Counted from the first letter of the stretch, positions 18,720 through 29,094 are shown. The stretch: 64,000 nt of DNA from Ilumatobacteraceae bacterium (GCA_049696035.1 JBAVTH010000242.1:4472-68471); one strand, 5' to 3'. The notes: a model not told the origin generated them from the letters alone. Made by a program: numbers and translations.

Positions 18720-19844
18720 ATGCCTGAACGCGTCGTCATCACCGGAACCGGCCTCTACACGCCGCCGTTCTCCATCTCGAACGAGGAGTTGGTCGCTTCG
18801 CTGACGATCGCGGTCGACGAGTGGAACGCGGAGCACGCCGCGGAGATCGCCGACGAAACGCTGGTTGCACGGCCCGTTCCCGACGCGGAGTTCATCGAAC
18901 GAGCCTCGGGCATCAAGAGCCGCTACGTCGTCGAGAAGACCGGCGTGCTCGACCCGCGCCGCCTGCGACCACACCTGCCGACGCGCACGGAGGACGAGTT
19001 GGGTCTGCAGGCGGAGATGGCGCTGCCTGCGATTCACGAGGCGCTCGCCCAGGCCGGCCGCCGCGCCGACGAAGTCGACTGCGTGATCGTCGGCTGCTCG
19101 AACCTGCAGCGTGCCTACCCGGCTGTCGCCATCGAGATCCAGCACGCCCTCGGTGCCGGTGGTTGGGCGTACGACATGAACGTCGCCTGCTCGTCGGCCA
19201 CGTTCTCGATGCAGGCCGGCGTCGACGCCCTGCTCAACGGTTCCGCCAACTGCGTCGTCGTAGTGCACCCCGAGATCACCTCCGGTCACAACAACTTCGG
19301 TGCCCGCGACCACCACTTCATCTTCGGCGACGCATGCACCGCGGTCGTGCTGGAACGCGCCGCCGGCGCCGCCGCCGACGAGCAGTGGGAGGTGCTGCGC
19401 GGCCGCCTGGTGACGAAGTTCTCCAACAGCATCCGCAACGACTTCGGGTTCCTCAACCCCTCGGAGACCACACCTCGCGACTCGCAGGAGCTCGTCTTCC
19501 GCCAGCGCGGCCAGCAGGTGTTCAAGGAGGTCTGCCCGATGGTGGTCGGCCACATCAACGAGCAGCTGACCGCTCTGTCGCTGGAGGCCTCGCAGATCCG
19601 TCGCTTCTGGCTGCACCAGGCGAACCTGAAGATGAACCAGCTGATCGCCAAGGGCGTGCTCGGCCGGGTGCCCGACACCGACGAGGCGCCGGTGATCCTC
19701 GACCGCTATGCGAACACGTCGTCGGCAGGTTCGGTCATCGCGTTCCACTTGCACCGCGACGATCTGGTCTCCGGCGACATCGGCGTGCTGTGCAGCTTCG
19801 GCGCCGGCTACAGCATCGGCAGCCTGGTCATCCGCAAGGTCTGA
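18720..19844 (+). CDS. Beta-ketoacyl-ACP synthase III (FabH-like, long form)
   Basis: 374 aa. Active-site Cys in NVACSSATF, His in WLHQAN, Asn in YANTSSAGS, C-terminal FGAGYS. Confidence 0.9.
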   Translation: MPERVVITGTGLYTPPFSISNEELVASLTIAVDEWNAEHAAEIADETLVARPVPDAEFIERASGIKSRYVVEKTGVLDPRRLRPHLPTRTEDELGLQAEMALPAIHEALAQAGRRADEVDCVIVGCSNLQRAYPAVAIEIQHALGAGGWAYDMNVACSSATFSMQAGVDALLNGSANCVVVVHPEITSGHNNFGARDHHFIFGDACTAVVLERAAGAAADEQWEVLRGRLVTKFSNSIRNDFGFLNPSETTPRDSQELVFRQRGQQVFKEVCPMVVGHINEQLTALSLEASQIRRFWLHQANLKMNQLIAKGVLGRVPDTDEAPVILDRYANTSSAGSVIAFHLHRDDLVSGDIGVLCSFGAGYSIGSLVIRKV

Positions 19845-19872
19845 GCGGGTCCATCCGCTTGGGCCGGGCACG

Positions 19873-20037
19873 GCTTCTGGGTCTGATCGGTCTCCCCCTC
19901 CGGGACATTTCGAGCGGTACTCGACAGCGCAACCTTCCGTCGAAGCTCGCTGCGGTCGCAAGTGATCACGCGTCTGTCCCGCACTCGGAGACGAAACAGC
20001 CCCAGAAGCCTCGATGGAACGAAACAGCCCCAGAAGC
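19873..20037. repeat. Three copies of a 13-15 nt element (CAGNCCCAGAAGC): one inverted and two direct
   Basis: GCTTCTGGGTCTG at 19873-19885 is the reverse complement of CAGACCCAGAAGC. CAGCCCCAGAAGC occurs at 19997-20009 and 20025-20037; the two direct copies are part of an 18-bp perfect repeat, CGAAACAGCCCCAGAAGC. All lie in the 215-bp convergent spacer. Confidence 0.85.
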
Positions 20038-20059
20038 GGTGGGGTCGTGCGCCTTCGGA

Positions 20060-22558
20060 TCAGGCTTTGATGCGGGCGTTGCTGGGGTCGTAGAAGGGGC
20101 GCAGCGAGACCATCGCGGGGTACTGCTTGCCGTTGATCTCCACCGTCCACGAGCCCGCCGCCAGCCAGGTGGGGGTGATCTCGGCGCCATGGCCCTCGAC
20201 CATCGCCAGGCCGACCGCACCGCCCAGCGTGTGGCCGTACGACGCCGCACGCAGGTAGCCGACTGCGATGCCGTCGCGGCGCAGCACCTCTGCGTGGTAC
20301 ATCAGCGGCTGCGGGTCCTGCACCAGCACCGACACGAGTCGACGCTCCAGCGGGCCGGCGGCACGGCGCGCCGCGACGGCCTCCTTGCCGATGAACCCGC
20401 CCGGCTTGTCCATCGCGAGCGCGAACCCGAAGCCGGCTTCCAGTGGGCCGTCGGTGTTGTCGATGTCGTGGCCGTAGTCGCGGTAGCCCTTCTCCAAGCG
20501 CAGGCTGGCCAGCGCCTTCAGGCCCGCGTGGCGCAGGCCGAACGCCGGCCCCGCGGCGACGATGCGGTCGTACACGTGGACGGCCTGCTCGGTGGGCACA
20601 TGCAGCTCGTAGCCCAGTTCGCCTAAGTAGGTGATGCGCACGCACAGCAAGCGTGCGAAGCCGAGGTCGATCTCGCGTGCCGTGCGGAACGGGAACGCCT
20701 CGTTCGACAGGTCGACCGTGGTCAGCGTCTGCAGCAGCTCGCGCGACCGGGGACCCTGCACGTTGATCTGTGCGAAGGCGCCCGTGACGTCGGTGGCGAA
20801 CGCGTGGCCGGCCGCGGCGCACGCGCGCTGCAGGTGCGATTCCACGTGGCGGTGCGCCGTGTCGGTGGCCACCACGAAGAACGAATCGTCGGCCAGCTTG
20901 GTGACGGTGAGGTCGGCCTCGAGCGTGCCGCGGTCGTTGAGCCACTGGGTGTAGGTGATCTCGCCGCCAGCAGGTGTGAGGGGGCCGTTGACGGCGTTGC
21001 CCGACAAACGATCCAGTACGGAGCCGGCGTCGCGGCCCTGCACGCGGAACTTCGACATGAAGCTCATGTCCATCACGATCACGCCTTCGCGGCAGGCACG
21101 GTGCTCGGCGGCCCAGGTCTCGAACCACGACGGGCGGCCGAACGTGAGCGGGCCGCCCTCGGCCACCTGGCCCGGCCCGGCGAACCAGTCGGCGGCCTCG
21201 AAGCCGCTGACGTCGCGGAAGTACGCCCCCTGCTCGACCAGCCGTGCATGCAGCGGCGACAGCTTTGCGCCGCGGGCCGTCTGCAGCGCCTTGTTCGGGT
21301 AGTGGCACTGGTACACCATGCCCAGCGATTCCACGGTGCGGGTGCGGCGGTACTCGGGGTTGGCCTGGTACGGCTGCAGGCGGGCGGGGTGCATGCCGGT
21401 GACGTCGGCGCCAGGGTCGCCGTCGACGATCCAGTGCGCCACCAGCCTGCCCAGCCCACCGCCGGTGAGGATGCCGATCGAGTTGAGGCCGGCGGCCACG
21501 AAGTAGTTGCGCACCTCGGGGGCGGGTCCGATGATCGGGCGCAGGTCGGGGGTGAAGCTCTCCGGCCCACAGAAGAACGTGCGGATGCCCGTGTCGGACG
21601 ACAGCGGCACGCGCGACATCGCAGCCTCGACGTAGGGCCCCATCCGGTCCCAGTCCGGCTGGATCGACGTGAACGACGAGTCGGCCGGAATCGCGCCGAC
21701 GTTCCAGGGGGCGCACTCCTTCTCGAACAGGCCGATCATCAGGCCGCCGACCTCTTCGCGGTAGTAGCCGTAGTTGGCAGGGTCCTCGATCACCGGCCAC
21801 GACGGGTCGAGGCCCTCCATGTGCTCGGTGATCAGGTAGTAGTGCTCGGCCGCCTGCAGGGGGATCGACACGCCGGAGCGGGCGCCCAGCTGCCGGGCCC
21901 ACATGCCGGCCGCGTTCACCACGTACTCGCACTCGATCGTGCCGTGATCCGTCACCACGCCGCACACCGCGCCGTCGCGCGTCAGCACGTCGATCACCGA
22001 CACACCCTGAGCGATCCGGACGCCCGTCTGGCGGGCGCCCTTGGCCATCGACATGGTCGCGTCGACGGGGTTCACGCGGCCGTCGCCGGCCACGTAGAAA
22101 CCGGCCAGCAGGTCGTCGGTGCGGGCCAACGGGAACATGTCGGCCACCTCGCGCGGCGACAGCTCGTGCACGTCGACGCCGCAGTAGCGGTTGAACGTGG
22201 AGACGCGGCGGTATTCCTCCAGGCGCCCCTCGTCGGCGGCGAGTTCGATGAACCCGACCGGCTTGAAGCCGGTGGCCAGGCCGGTCTCCGCCTCCAGGTT
22301 CGTGTAGAGGTCGCGGGTGTACTTGCGCAGCTCGGTCGATGTCTCGGAGGTGGAACCGAACGTCACCATCAGCCCGGCCGCGTGCCACGTCGTGCCCGAC
22401 GTCAGCTGGTCGCGCTCGACCAGCACCGTGTCGGTCCAGCCCAAGTGGCCGAGGTGGTACGCGATCGACGTGCCGATGATGCCGCCGCCGATGACGACAA
22501 CGCGGGAGCGCGAGGGGAGAGGCGAAACGGGCTGGCTCACGGTCAGCCATTGAACCAT
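20060..22558 (-). CDS. Dimethylglycine/sarcosine-dehydrogenase-like protein (FAD oxidoreductase fused to a GcvT aminomethyltransferase domain)
   Basis: ORF 20060..23386 trimmed to the ATG at 22558 (MVQWLTVSQP...). Dinucleotide fold VVVIGGGIIGTSIAYHL, TSGTTWHAAG, and a C-terminal folate-binding GcvT-like region (RLEKGYRDYGHD). Confidence 0.9.
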   Translation of the reverse strand: MVQWLTVSQPVSPLPSRSRVVVIGGGIIGTSIAYHLGHLGWTDTVLVERDQLTSGTTWHAAGLMVTFGSTSETSTELRKYTRDLYTNLEAETGLATGFKPVGFIELAADEGRLEEYRRVSTFNRYCGVDVHELSPREVADMFPLARTDDLLAGFYVAGDGRVNPVDATMSMAKGARQTGVRIAQGVSVIDVLTRDGAVCGVVTDHGTIECEYVVNAAGMWARQLGARSGVSIPLQAAEHYYLITEHMEGLDPSWPVIEDPANYGYYREEVGGLMIGLFEKECAPWNVGAIPADSSFTSIQPDWDRMGPYVEAAMSRVPLSSDTGIRTFFCGPESFTPDLRPIIGPAPEVRNYFVAAGLNSIGILTGGGLGRLVAHWIVDGDPGADVTGMHPARLQPYQANPEYRRTRTVESLGMVYQCHYPNKALQTARGAKLSPLHARLVEQGAYFRDVSGFEAADWFAGPGQVAEGGPLTFGRPSWFETWAAEHRACREGVIVMDMSFMSKFRVQGRDAGSVLDRLSGNAVNGPLTPAGGEITYTQWLNDRGTLEADLTVTKLADDSFFVVATDTAHRHVESHLQRACAAAGHAFATDVTGAFAQINVQGPRSRELLQTLTTVDLSNEAFPFRTAREIDLGFARLLCVRITYLGELGYELHVPTEQAVHVYDRIVAAGPAFGLRHAGLKALASLRLEKGYRDYGHDIDNTDGPLEAGFGFALAMDKPGGFIGKEAVAARRAAGPLERRLVSVLVQDPQPLMYHAEVLRRDGIAVGYLRAASYGHTLGGAVGLAMVEGHGAEITPTWLAAGSWTVEINGKQYPAMVSLRPFYDPSNARIKA

Positions 22559-22603
22559 GTGTTCGCATCGTCCGCCCGACGATCGGATCGCTACGGTGCC
22601 GTC

Positions 22604-23338
22604 ATGAACGATCAGGAACTCGTCGCCACCGCCTGCCCCATCATCAAAGACGCCGGCTGGGCCTTCTACTTCACGCCCGCCACTGGCGAGCGGGGAGCGG
22701 CCCTCGGGCTCGACCCGTACCAGTTCTACGCGATGGGTCGCGGTGGAGTGTTGGGTGATGTCGAGCCGGCCGTGGTGTCGGCTGCCTTCGGGTACTTCAA
22801 CCCCGGCCTGGTGGCTGGGCTCTGGAACGCAGGCAAGGCGATCGTCGCGCCCAGGGTGGCCGGAACTGCGTACATGGAGGCGAGCGGCGAGCACGGCCGC
22901 CTGAAGCTGTCGAACGTGGAAGGGCTCGAGGCGTTCGTGGCCGCCGCCGAGAAGGTGCTGGCCGCCGCCGACCTCGATGGGTTCAGCCTGTTCGCCGGCG
23001 TCGCCGCCGAGCCCCGAGCCGACGACCTGCCCGCGCGGGCGATGCAGCTCGTCACCGTGTTGCGCGAGTACCGGGGCAGCGCCCATCTGGTCGCCGTCCG
23101 TGCCGTGGGCCTCACCACGAAGGTCGCGCACTTCGCCAAGCGCCCCGACGACATCGCGATGTTCGGCTGGACAGCGGACGATGCCCCGGTCGTCGATGCC
23201 GCGGTGCATGCTCAGATGGAAGCAGCCGAAGCGCTGACCGATCGCTTGGTCACACCTGCCTACGCCGTGCTCGATGATGGTGAGCGGGCGGCCTTCGTCG
23301 CCGGCTTGCAGGCCATCGAAGTCGCGCTCAGCGCCTGA
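22604..23338 (+). CDS. Conserved actinobacterial hypothetical protein (resembles the family NCBI names SCO6745)
   Basis: ORF 20804..23338 trimmed to the ATG at 22604 (MNDQELVATACPIIKDAGWAFYF...). The family name is from memory and unverified. Confidence 0.6.
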   Translation: MNDQELVATACPIIKDAGWAFYFTPATGERGAALGLDPYQFYAMGRGGVLGDVEPAVVSAAFGYFNPGLVAGLWNAGKAIVAPRVAGTAYMEASGEHGRLKLSNVEGLEAFVAAAEKVLAAADLDGFSLFAGVAAEPRADDLPARAMQLVTVLREYRGSAHLVAVRAVGLTTKVAHFAKRPDDIAMFGWTADDAPVVDAAVHAQMEAAEALTDRLVTPAYAVLDDGERAAFVAGLQAIEVALSA

Positions 23339-23395
23339 ACACGCTGGTCGCGTGGGGTTCACCATCGGCGTCGCTGAGCGCGCCATGATTGCCCG

Positions 23396-25522
23396 ATGAC
23401 CACTCGCCGCCGTCGCATCGTCATCGTCGGTGGGGGCCCGGCTGGGCTGTCCGCGGCGCTCTCACTGACCGATCCCTCCCTGCACCCGAACTGGCAGGAC
23501 GAGTACGAGGTCACCGTGGTGCAGATGGGATGGCGGATGGGCGGAAAAGGTGCGACGGGACGCGGTGGCGAACCACGGCTGGTGGACGGCCAGTGGCGCT
23601 GCACCGGCCCGGCGCGCATCGAAGAACACGGCATCCACCTGTTCGGCAACATGTACGTCAACTCGCTGCGAACGCTCGACACCTGCCTGGGGGAGTTGCA
23701 GCGCAGTCCGGGCGAGCCTGCGACCGGCATGCACACCGACCTGGTGCCCAGCAACTACATCCAGTTGGCCGACTACCTTGACGGCAGGTGGCACCTCACG
23801 CCGCAGCACCTTCCGCACAACGATCTGCAGCCGTGGGGCAGCGCCGACTACCCCGATGCAACGGTGCTGATCCGCGAACTGCTGCGACTGGCGGTGGAGC
23901 TGTTGGAGGAGGCGCTCGGCTACTCCGGCGACGGCAACCTGCACCATCGTGGGCTGATCGACCGGCTCCGCATGCTGCACCGGCTGCACCACGAACAGCC
24001 GCACCTGCCCGACGAAGCGGTACACGCGCCCGTGGTGCACGAGCTCTGGGGCGCCGCACACGCGGTGGAGGCCATGCTGCGCGAGAGCCCAGAGGAGCAT
24101 GCCGCGCTGTTGCGCTCGGTGTGCTGCCAGCTCGAGCTGTATGCGACCGTGGCCCGTGGTGTGATCGCCGACGAGATCTTCACGCGTGGCATCGACAGCG
24201 TGGACGGCGAGAACTTCATGGATTGGTGTCGCCGCCACGGCATGAGCGAGACGGCAGTCAACAGCAGCCCGGTGCAGATGCCGGCCGAGATGTGCTTCCA
24301 GTTTCCGAACGGCGACACCACCCGCGACCCTCAGTTCAGCGCAGCCGGCTTCCTCTGGTTCACCCTGCGGCAGATCCTCGCCTGCGGCCAGGCCACGTAT
24401 TGGTTCCACCGCGGCACCGGCGACACGGTGATCGCTCCGTTCTACCGGGTGGCGGTGCAGCGCGGTGTGCAGTTCGAGTTCTTCCGCAAGGTGGAGCACA
24501 TCGGGCTCGGCGACGACGGTGTCAACGTTGCATCGATCGACCTCGCAGTCCAGGCGACCACGATCGGCGACGAGCCCTACGAACCGCTGGTCCGGATGGA
24601 GGACGGCACCTTCGCGTGGCCGAACGCACCGATCTACGGCCAGCTGGCGCAAGGCGACCAGCTGCGCGAGGAGCGCATCGATCTCGAGTCGTGGTGGTCG
24701 CCGTGGCAGCCGGTTGCGCACGAGACATTGCATGTCGGGGTGGACTTCGACGAAGTGGTCCTGGCCGTTCCGTTGCCGTGCCTACCGCACATCGCGCCCG
24801 AGCTCGTGGCTGCCGCGCCGTGGGCGTCCTCGGTGTCCGGCATGGGAGGCCTCGCCACGCTCTCGTCGCAGATCTGGACGAACCGAACGTCGAGCGAACT
24901 GGGTCTGCCGGCGCTCGCCGGCACCGACCGCGTGTGCGGCGGCGCCGCTGTGCCACCGCTGGGTTTCGCCGACATGACAGACGTGCTCGGCGCCGAGCAA
25001 TGGGCGGAGTACGGCCAGGCCGCACCGCGGGCCGTCTACTACTTCTGCGGGCCGCTCGAGCACGAAGGCCCGTGGCCGGCATTCGAAGCCCACGACACCC
25101 CGGCGGTGCAGAAGGAGCGCGCTCGCGCCACCGTCGTCCAGTGGTTGCGCACGGCGACCTCGGTGTTCCCCGCAGCGGGCACCCTGTCGGTCGCGTCGCA
25201 GTCCTTCGACTTCGACGCGCTGTGGTGCCCCCCGGCGGCGAATGCCCAGGGCGAGGCGCGGTTCCAGCACCAGTACTGGCGTGCGAACATCGACCCCAAT
25301 GAGCGCTACGTGCCCTCACCTCCCGGGTCGGTCGCGTTCCGTCCGAAGGCGTGGGAAAGCGGCTTCGGCAACGTCGTGCTGGCGAGCGATTGGATCTTCA
25401 CGGGCATCAACATCGGTTCTTTCGAGGGTGCGGTGATGTCGGGGCTGCTGGCGTCGTATGCCCTCACCGGAGCTCCGCTGCCGGCCGACATCTCCGGCTA
25501 CGACTTCGGACGGCCCTGTTGA
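23396..25522 (+). CDS. FAD/NAD(P)-binding oxidoreductase of the amine-oxidase/phytoene-desaturase superfamily (708 aa)
   Basis: N-terminal RIVIVGGGPAGLSAALSL Rossmann motif. C-terminal FTGINIGSFEGAVMSGL is typical of the flavin-amine-oxidase fold. Substrate unknown. Confidence 0.8.
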   Translation: MTTRRRRIVIVGGGPAGLSAALSLTDPSLHPNWQDEYEVTVVQMGWRMGGKGATGRGGEPRLVDGQWRCTGPARIEEHGIHLFGNMYVNSLRTLDTCLGELQRSPGEPATGMHTDLVPSNYIQLADYLDGRWHLTPQHLPHNDLQPWGSADYPDATVLIRELLRLAVELLEEALGYSGDGNLHHRGLIDRLRMLHRLHHEQPHLPDEAVHAPVVHELWGAAHAVEAMLRESPEEHAALLRSVCCQLELYATVARGVIADEIFTRGIDSVDGENFMDWCRRHGMSETAVNSSPVQMPAEMCFQFPNGDTTRDPQFSAAGFLWFTLRQILACGQATYWFHRGTGDTVIAPFYRVAVQRGVQFEFFRKVEHIGLGDDGVNVASIDLAVQATTIGDEPYEPLVRMEDGTFAWPNAPIYGQLAQGDQLREERIDLESWWSPWQPVAHETLHVGVDFDEVVLAVPLPCLPHIAPELVAAAPWASSVSGMGGLATLSSQIWTNRTSSELGLPALAGTDRVCGGAAVPPLGFADMTDVLGAEQWAEYGQAAPRAVYYFCGPLEHEGPWPAFEAHDTPAVQKERARATVVQWLRTATSVFPAAGTLSVASQSFDFDALWCPPAANAQGEARFQHQYWRANIDPNERYVPSPPGSVAFRPKAWESGFGNVVLASDWIFTGINIGSFEGAVMSGLLASYALTGAPLPADISGYDFGRPC

Positions 25523-28500
25523 CGGCGCTGACACTGCCCGGCTATCGCGACCTGCAACCTGCCGCCGGCGACGGCGACCTGTCGACATGGATCGGGGCCG
25601 ATGCGACCGGTCGTCGGGTGGTCGTGCGCACCCATCGAACCGATCTCCCGACGCCGGCCATCCGAGAGCGGCTCGCGGAGCACGCCGACATCGTGAGCGA
25701 CGTGAGCCATCCGGCCATGGCGTCGCTGATCGAGCTCATCGACCTTCCCACTCGGTCGGCATTGGTGGTCGCCCATCCCGAGGGTTCGCCGTTGTCGGAG
25801 GTGCTGCCCACGTCGCTGGCGGTCACCGATGTGTTGGCGATCGCGCTGGACGTCGTCCCTGCACTCGCGGAGCTGCACGTGCGCGGCCTCGGTCACGGCG
25901 CGGTGGGGGTCGACGCCGTCTGGGCGGCCGGAGCCACGGCGATGCTGACGAGCCCGTGGTACGACGGGCTGCGCCCGTTGCCCAGCGACGATCAGCCAGC
26001 GCTCGCTCGAATGGTGGAGACTCTCGTTCGGCGTTCCGGCGCGCAGATGCCGGAGGGTGTGCGCGCAGTGCTCGATGTGGCGACCGACCCCGACCCGGGC
26101 CGGCGCTATCGATCGATCGTCGGTCTGGCGCACGACCTTGCGCGCTGCCGAGACCAACTGCTCGCATCCGGACGGTGCGAACAGTTCCCGCCGGCGGTCG
26201 ATCGTTTCGCGCTCGATTGGCGCGACCCCTCGCTGGCGCTCGGCTGTGGGTCGAGCCTGGAGGTGCTGTCGGCTGCGCTCCGCACGGTGGTCGTGTCAGG
26301 CGCGCCGCTCGTGCTCGTCGTCGAAGGGCCCACCGGCGCGGGCCGCTCGACGGTGCTGCGCGAGTTCGGCGTCCACCTGGCGGGCCACGGCGTGCTGCAC
26401 GGAGCAGCGCAGTTCGCCCCCGGTCGCGACAGCGAACCGTTGTTGGCGCCGCGGCAGGTCGTGGCGGGTGTGGTGGAGCGCCTGCTCTCGGGGCCACCGG
26501 CGACCCGTGATCACGTCGCGCGGTTGCTCCGCGACCGCGTTGGATCGAATGGGGCGGTGGCCGTGCGGCTGGCACCGTCGCTGGAACGGATGTTCGGCGC
26601 ACAGCCGGACGTGCCGGAGGGTGCGGTGCTGGACACCGTGGCACGTGTCGAGGCGTCCGCCCGCGCCGTCATCACCGCGTTCGGCGAGGCCTCGCCCCCG
26701 TTCGTCGCCCTGTTCGACGACGCGGAGCGAGCCGACGCGGCTTCGCTGGCAGCGTTCCGCGGCTTGTTGACGATGCGCTCGCCGGTGCTGGTCGTGCTCG
26801 CCCGCCGCACCGACGCGGTCGAGGTCGGGCTCAGCGAGTTGCTCGACGTGCTGCGCGGCGACGGCGTCACGGTGCGCTCGTGGACGGTCCCGCCGCTGGA
26901 GCGGTCGGCCGTGCGAGAGATGATCGGTGCGGGACTCGGCCTGCCGGATGGCATCGCCGCGCCGCTCGGGGATGCGCTGTGGGTGCGATCCGGCGGCAAT
27001 CCGGGGCTGGCCATCGCCGACCTGCACCGGCTCGTCGCCGACGGCGATCTGGCGGTGGATCCACCCACCGCAGCGTGGACGTGGTCCGCTCGGTCGTTGG
27101 GCGAACTGGTGCCGAACGGAGTCGCAACGGTCCATCGCGAGCGGCTCGAGCGCGTCGCTCCATCGCATCTCCAGGTGCTGTGTGCTGCCGCGGTTGCCGG
27201 TCAGGTCGCCACGCCGACGGTGCTCGCCCTGGCGCTCGACCGATCGCTGGAGACGACGTCGGCAGTGCTCGACCGTCTGGCGGCCGACCAGCTGCTGGAA
27301 TGGCGTCGGTCCGGAGTGGTGCAGTTCCATGAGGATGGCATCCGGCGGGCGGCGGTGGATCGCCTCGACGGCCCCACCCGTGGCGCGCTCCGCCTGCGTG
27401 TGGCGCGGGTTGTGTTGGCCGGCGGGGCAGGCGAACTCATCGCAACGGAAGGAGTTCGCTTCGAGGTGTTGCAGCTGCTCGACGGGCAGGAGCACGCACT
27501 CTCCGAGCCGGAGGCGACGCTCTTCGTCGAGTGGTGCGACAGCGCGGCACGCACAGCTCACCGTTCGGGAGGTTTCGAGGCGGCCCTCGAGTTGCAGTTG
27601 CGACAACTCGGCATGACCGGCCCGATGGGGTGGGCGACCGACCCCGACCGGATGTTCGACCTTCACCTGCGCGTCGCCGAGAACGCACTGATCGTCGGCC
27701 GCACCTCGCTCGTCGACCAGATGCTGGATCAGGCCTGGGCGCACGAGCCATCTGCGATGCAACGCGTGCGCGCGCTGCGTCTGCTGGGCAACCGGTGGTG
27801 GACACGGCAGGACCAGTCGGGTGGACTGGCCGAGATGCAGGCCATCCTGCGCGAGCTGGGCGAACGGTTCCCGACTCGCCCGACCATCTCTCACGTCGCT
27901 CGCGAGTACGCGGCGACTCGCATCGCTCTGCGGGGTCGCACGCCTCAATCGTTCCTCGAGGCACCCGAGCTCACCGATGAGAGGGTGCGGGCCACACTCG
28001 ACACCATGCTCAGCGCCGTGCACCTGGCCTACACCGCCGAGCCGCTCACGCACATGCTGCTCGTGCTGCGCGGCATGCGCCTCACCGCTCGGCACGGCAG
28101 TTGCGCGGCGAGTGCCTACTTCGTTGCCGGATACGGCCTGCTGCTGTGCGGTCTCGGTCGCGACCTGCAGCGGGGCATTGGCTTCGGGCGCGCCGGAATG
28201 GCCCTCGCCGACCGTACCGGCGGGGCCGTGCGCACGATGGTGTGCTTCGCCTACAACGGCTTCATTCACCACTGGGGCGAACCACTGGCTGCAACCGTCG
28301 AACCGCTCCTCGACGAGTACCGAAGGGGTCTGTCGGCAGGACGCGGTGGCTACGCCCACACGTCCGGCACGTTCGCTGCCCTTCACTCGTTGCTGAGCTC
28401 CCGGCCGCTGCCACGAGTCGACGAGCTGGCGCGTGGAATGACCGGCGATCTGCAGCGCCTCGGCGAGGGCGCGTTTGCCCAGCGGGTGAAGTTGGTGGGT

Positions 28501-29094
28501 CAGGCGGTGTCGGACCTCCGGGTCGGCATCGAGGGACGATCTCCGCTGAACGGTGAGCTGTTCTCCGTGGGCGCCTGGTCGTCGGCCAAGTTGCGGCGAG
28601 GCGAGTTCGCGATGATCGTGTACACGTTGCGGGCCTTCGTGGCACTGGCCCACGACCGGCCCGAAGTCGCCGCCGAGGCCGTGCGTGCCGCCGCCCCGAA
28701 TGCTCGCACCGCACCCGGAGAGGCGATCGTGGGCGTGCACTGGTTCCAGACGGCGTTGCTGCACCGGCTGGGCGAGGATGTCGACCGTGGTGCTGCACGC
28801 CGCGCCGAGCGTGGCTTGCGGCGGGCGGCGACAGCGAACCCGCATGATTACGCGCATCGGATCGCCCTGATCGACGCCTTGGCCGACGGAGGGTCGGCGC
28901 AGGGCTTGGAAGCTGCGGCCGCCATCGCCCGGCAGCACGATGCACTTGCCGATCTGTGCGTCATCGCCCACGTTGCGGCCCGCCGCGCCGCCGATCCCGG
29001 CGAGGCGCAGCGCTGGCGCACCATGGCGGTGTCGGCGCTACGCGCGTGGGGCGCGGAGGGCGTCGTCTCGGAGGGTGTGGCCGGGTACGGCTGA
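25519..29094 (+). CDS. PknK-like large regulator: degenerate Ser/Thr-kinase domain, P-loop NTPase (Walker A Lys replaced by Arg), and a helical-repeat C-terminus
   Basis: ORF 25351..29094. The first part of the track ORF overlaps the FAD gene, so the start is set to the in-frame TTG at 25519 (TTGA overlap); this start is uncertain. Kinase-like strings HPAMASLIELID, LVVAHPEGSPLSEVL and DPDPGRRYRS. NTPase strings VVEGPTGAGRSTVLREF and VALFDDAERAD. Confidence 0.7.
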   Translation: MTALTLPGYRDLQPAAGDGDLSTWIGADATGRRVVVRTHRTDLPTPAIRERLAEHADIVSDVSHPAMASLIELIDLPTRSALVVAHPEGSPLSEVLPTSLAVTDVLAIALDVVPALAELHVRGLGHGAVGVDAVWAAGATAMLTSPWYDGLRPLPSDDQPALARMVETLVRRSGAQMPEGVRAVLDVATDPDPGRRYRSIVGLAHDLARCRDQLLASGRCEQFPPAVDRFALDWRDPSLALGCGSSLEVLSAALRTVVVSGAPLVLVVEGPTGAGRSTVLREFGVHLAGHGVLHGAAQFAPGRDSEPLLAPRQVVAGVVERLLSGPPATRDHVARLLRDRVGSNGAVAVRLAPSLERMFGAQPDVPEGAVLDTVARVEASARAVITAFGEASPPFVALFDDAERADAASLAAFRGLLTMRSPVLVVLARRTDAVEVGLSELLDVLRGDGVTVRSWTVPPLERSAVREMIGAGLGLPDGIAAPLGDALWVRSGGNPGLAIADLHRLVADGDLAVDPPTAAWTWSARSLGELVPNGVATVHRERLERVAPSHLQVLCAAAVAGQVATPTVLALALDRSLETTSAVLDRLAADQLLEWRRSGVVQFHEDGIRRAAVDRLDGPTRGALRLRVARVVLAGGAGELIATEGVRFEVLQLLDGQEHALSEPEATLFVEWCDSAARTAHRSGGFEAALELQLRQLGMTGPMGWATDPDRMFDLHLRVAENALIVGRTSLVDQMLDQAWAHEPSAMQRVRALRLLGNRWWTRQDQSGGLAEMQAILRELGERFPTRPTISHVAREYAATRIALRGRTPQSFLEAPELTDERVRATLDTMLSAVHLAYTAEPLTHMLLVLRGMRLTARHGSCAASAYFVAGYGLLLCGLGRDLQRGIGFGRAGMALADRTGGAVRTMVCFAYNGFIHHWGEPLAATVEPLLDEYRRGLSAGRGGYAHTSGTFAALHSLLSSRPLPRVDELARGMTGDLQRLGEGAFAQRVKLVGQAVSDLRVGIEGRSPLNGELFSVGAWSSAKLRRGEFAMIVYTLRAFVALAHDRPEVAAEAVRAAAPNARTAPGEAIVGVHWFQTALLHRLGEDVDRGAARRAERGLRRAATANPHDYAHRIALIDALADGGSAQGLEAAAAIARQHDALADLCVIAHVAARRAADPGEAQRWRTMAVSALRAWGAEGVVSEGVAGYG

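Noticed and set aside
18528-22568. 1346-aa minus-strand ORF and other very long track ORFs (9110..10996, 14205..16829, 20060..23386, 20804..23338, 9863..12334)
   Set aside because: These are real genes fused in-frame to long stop-free upstream stretches, or pure shadows. Only the motif-bearing C-terminal parts were annotated, with starts re-set to plausible ATG/GTG codons near RBS-like sequences or start/stop overlaps.
26296-28971. 891-aa minus-strand ORF
   Set aside because: Antisense to the PknK-like gene and shadow-type composition. Same reasoning applies to 15656..17578, 12583..14130, 23462..24733, 34330..36408, 56668..58782 and 62672..63940.
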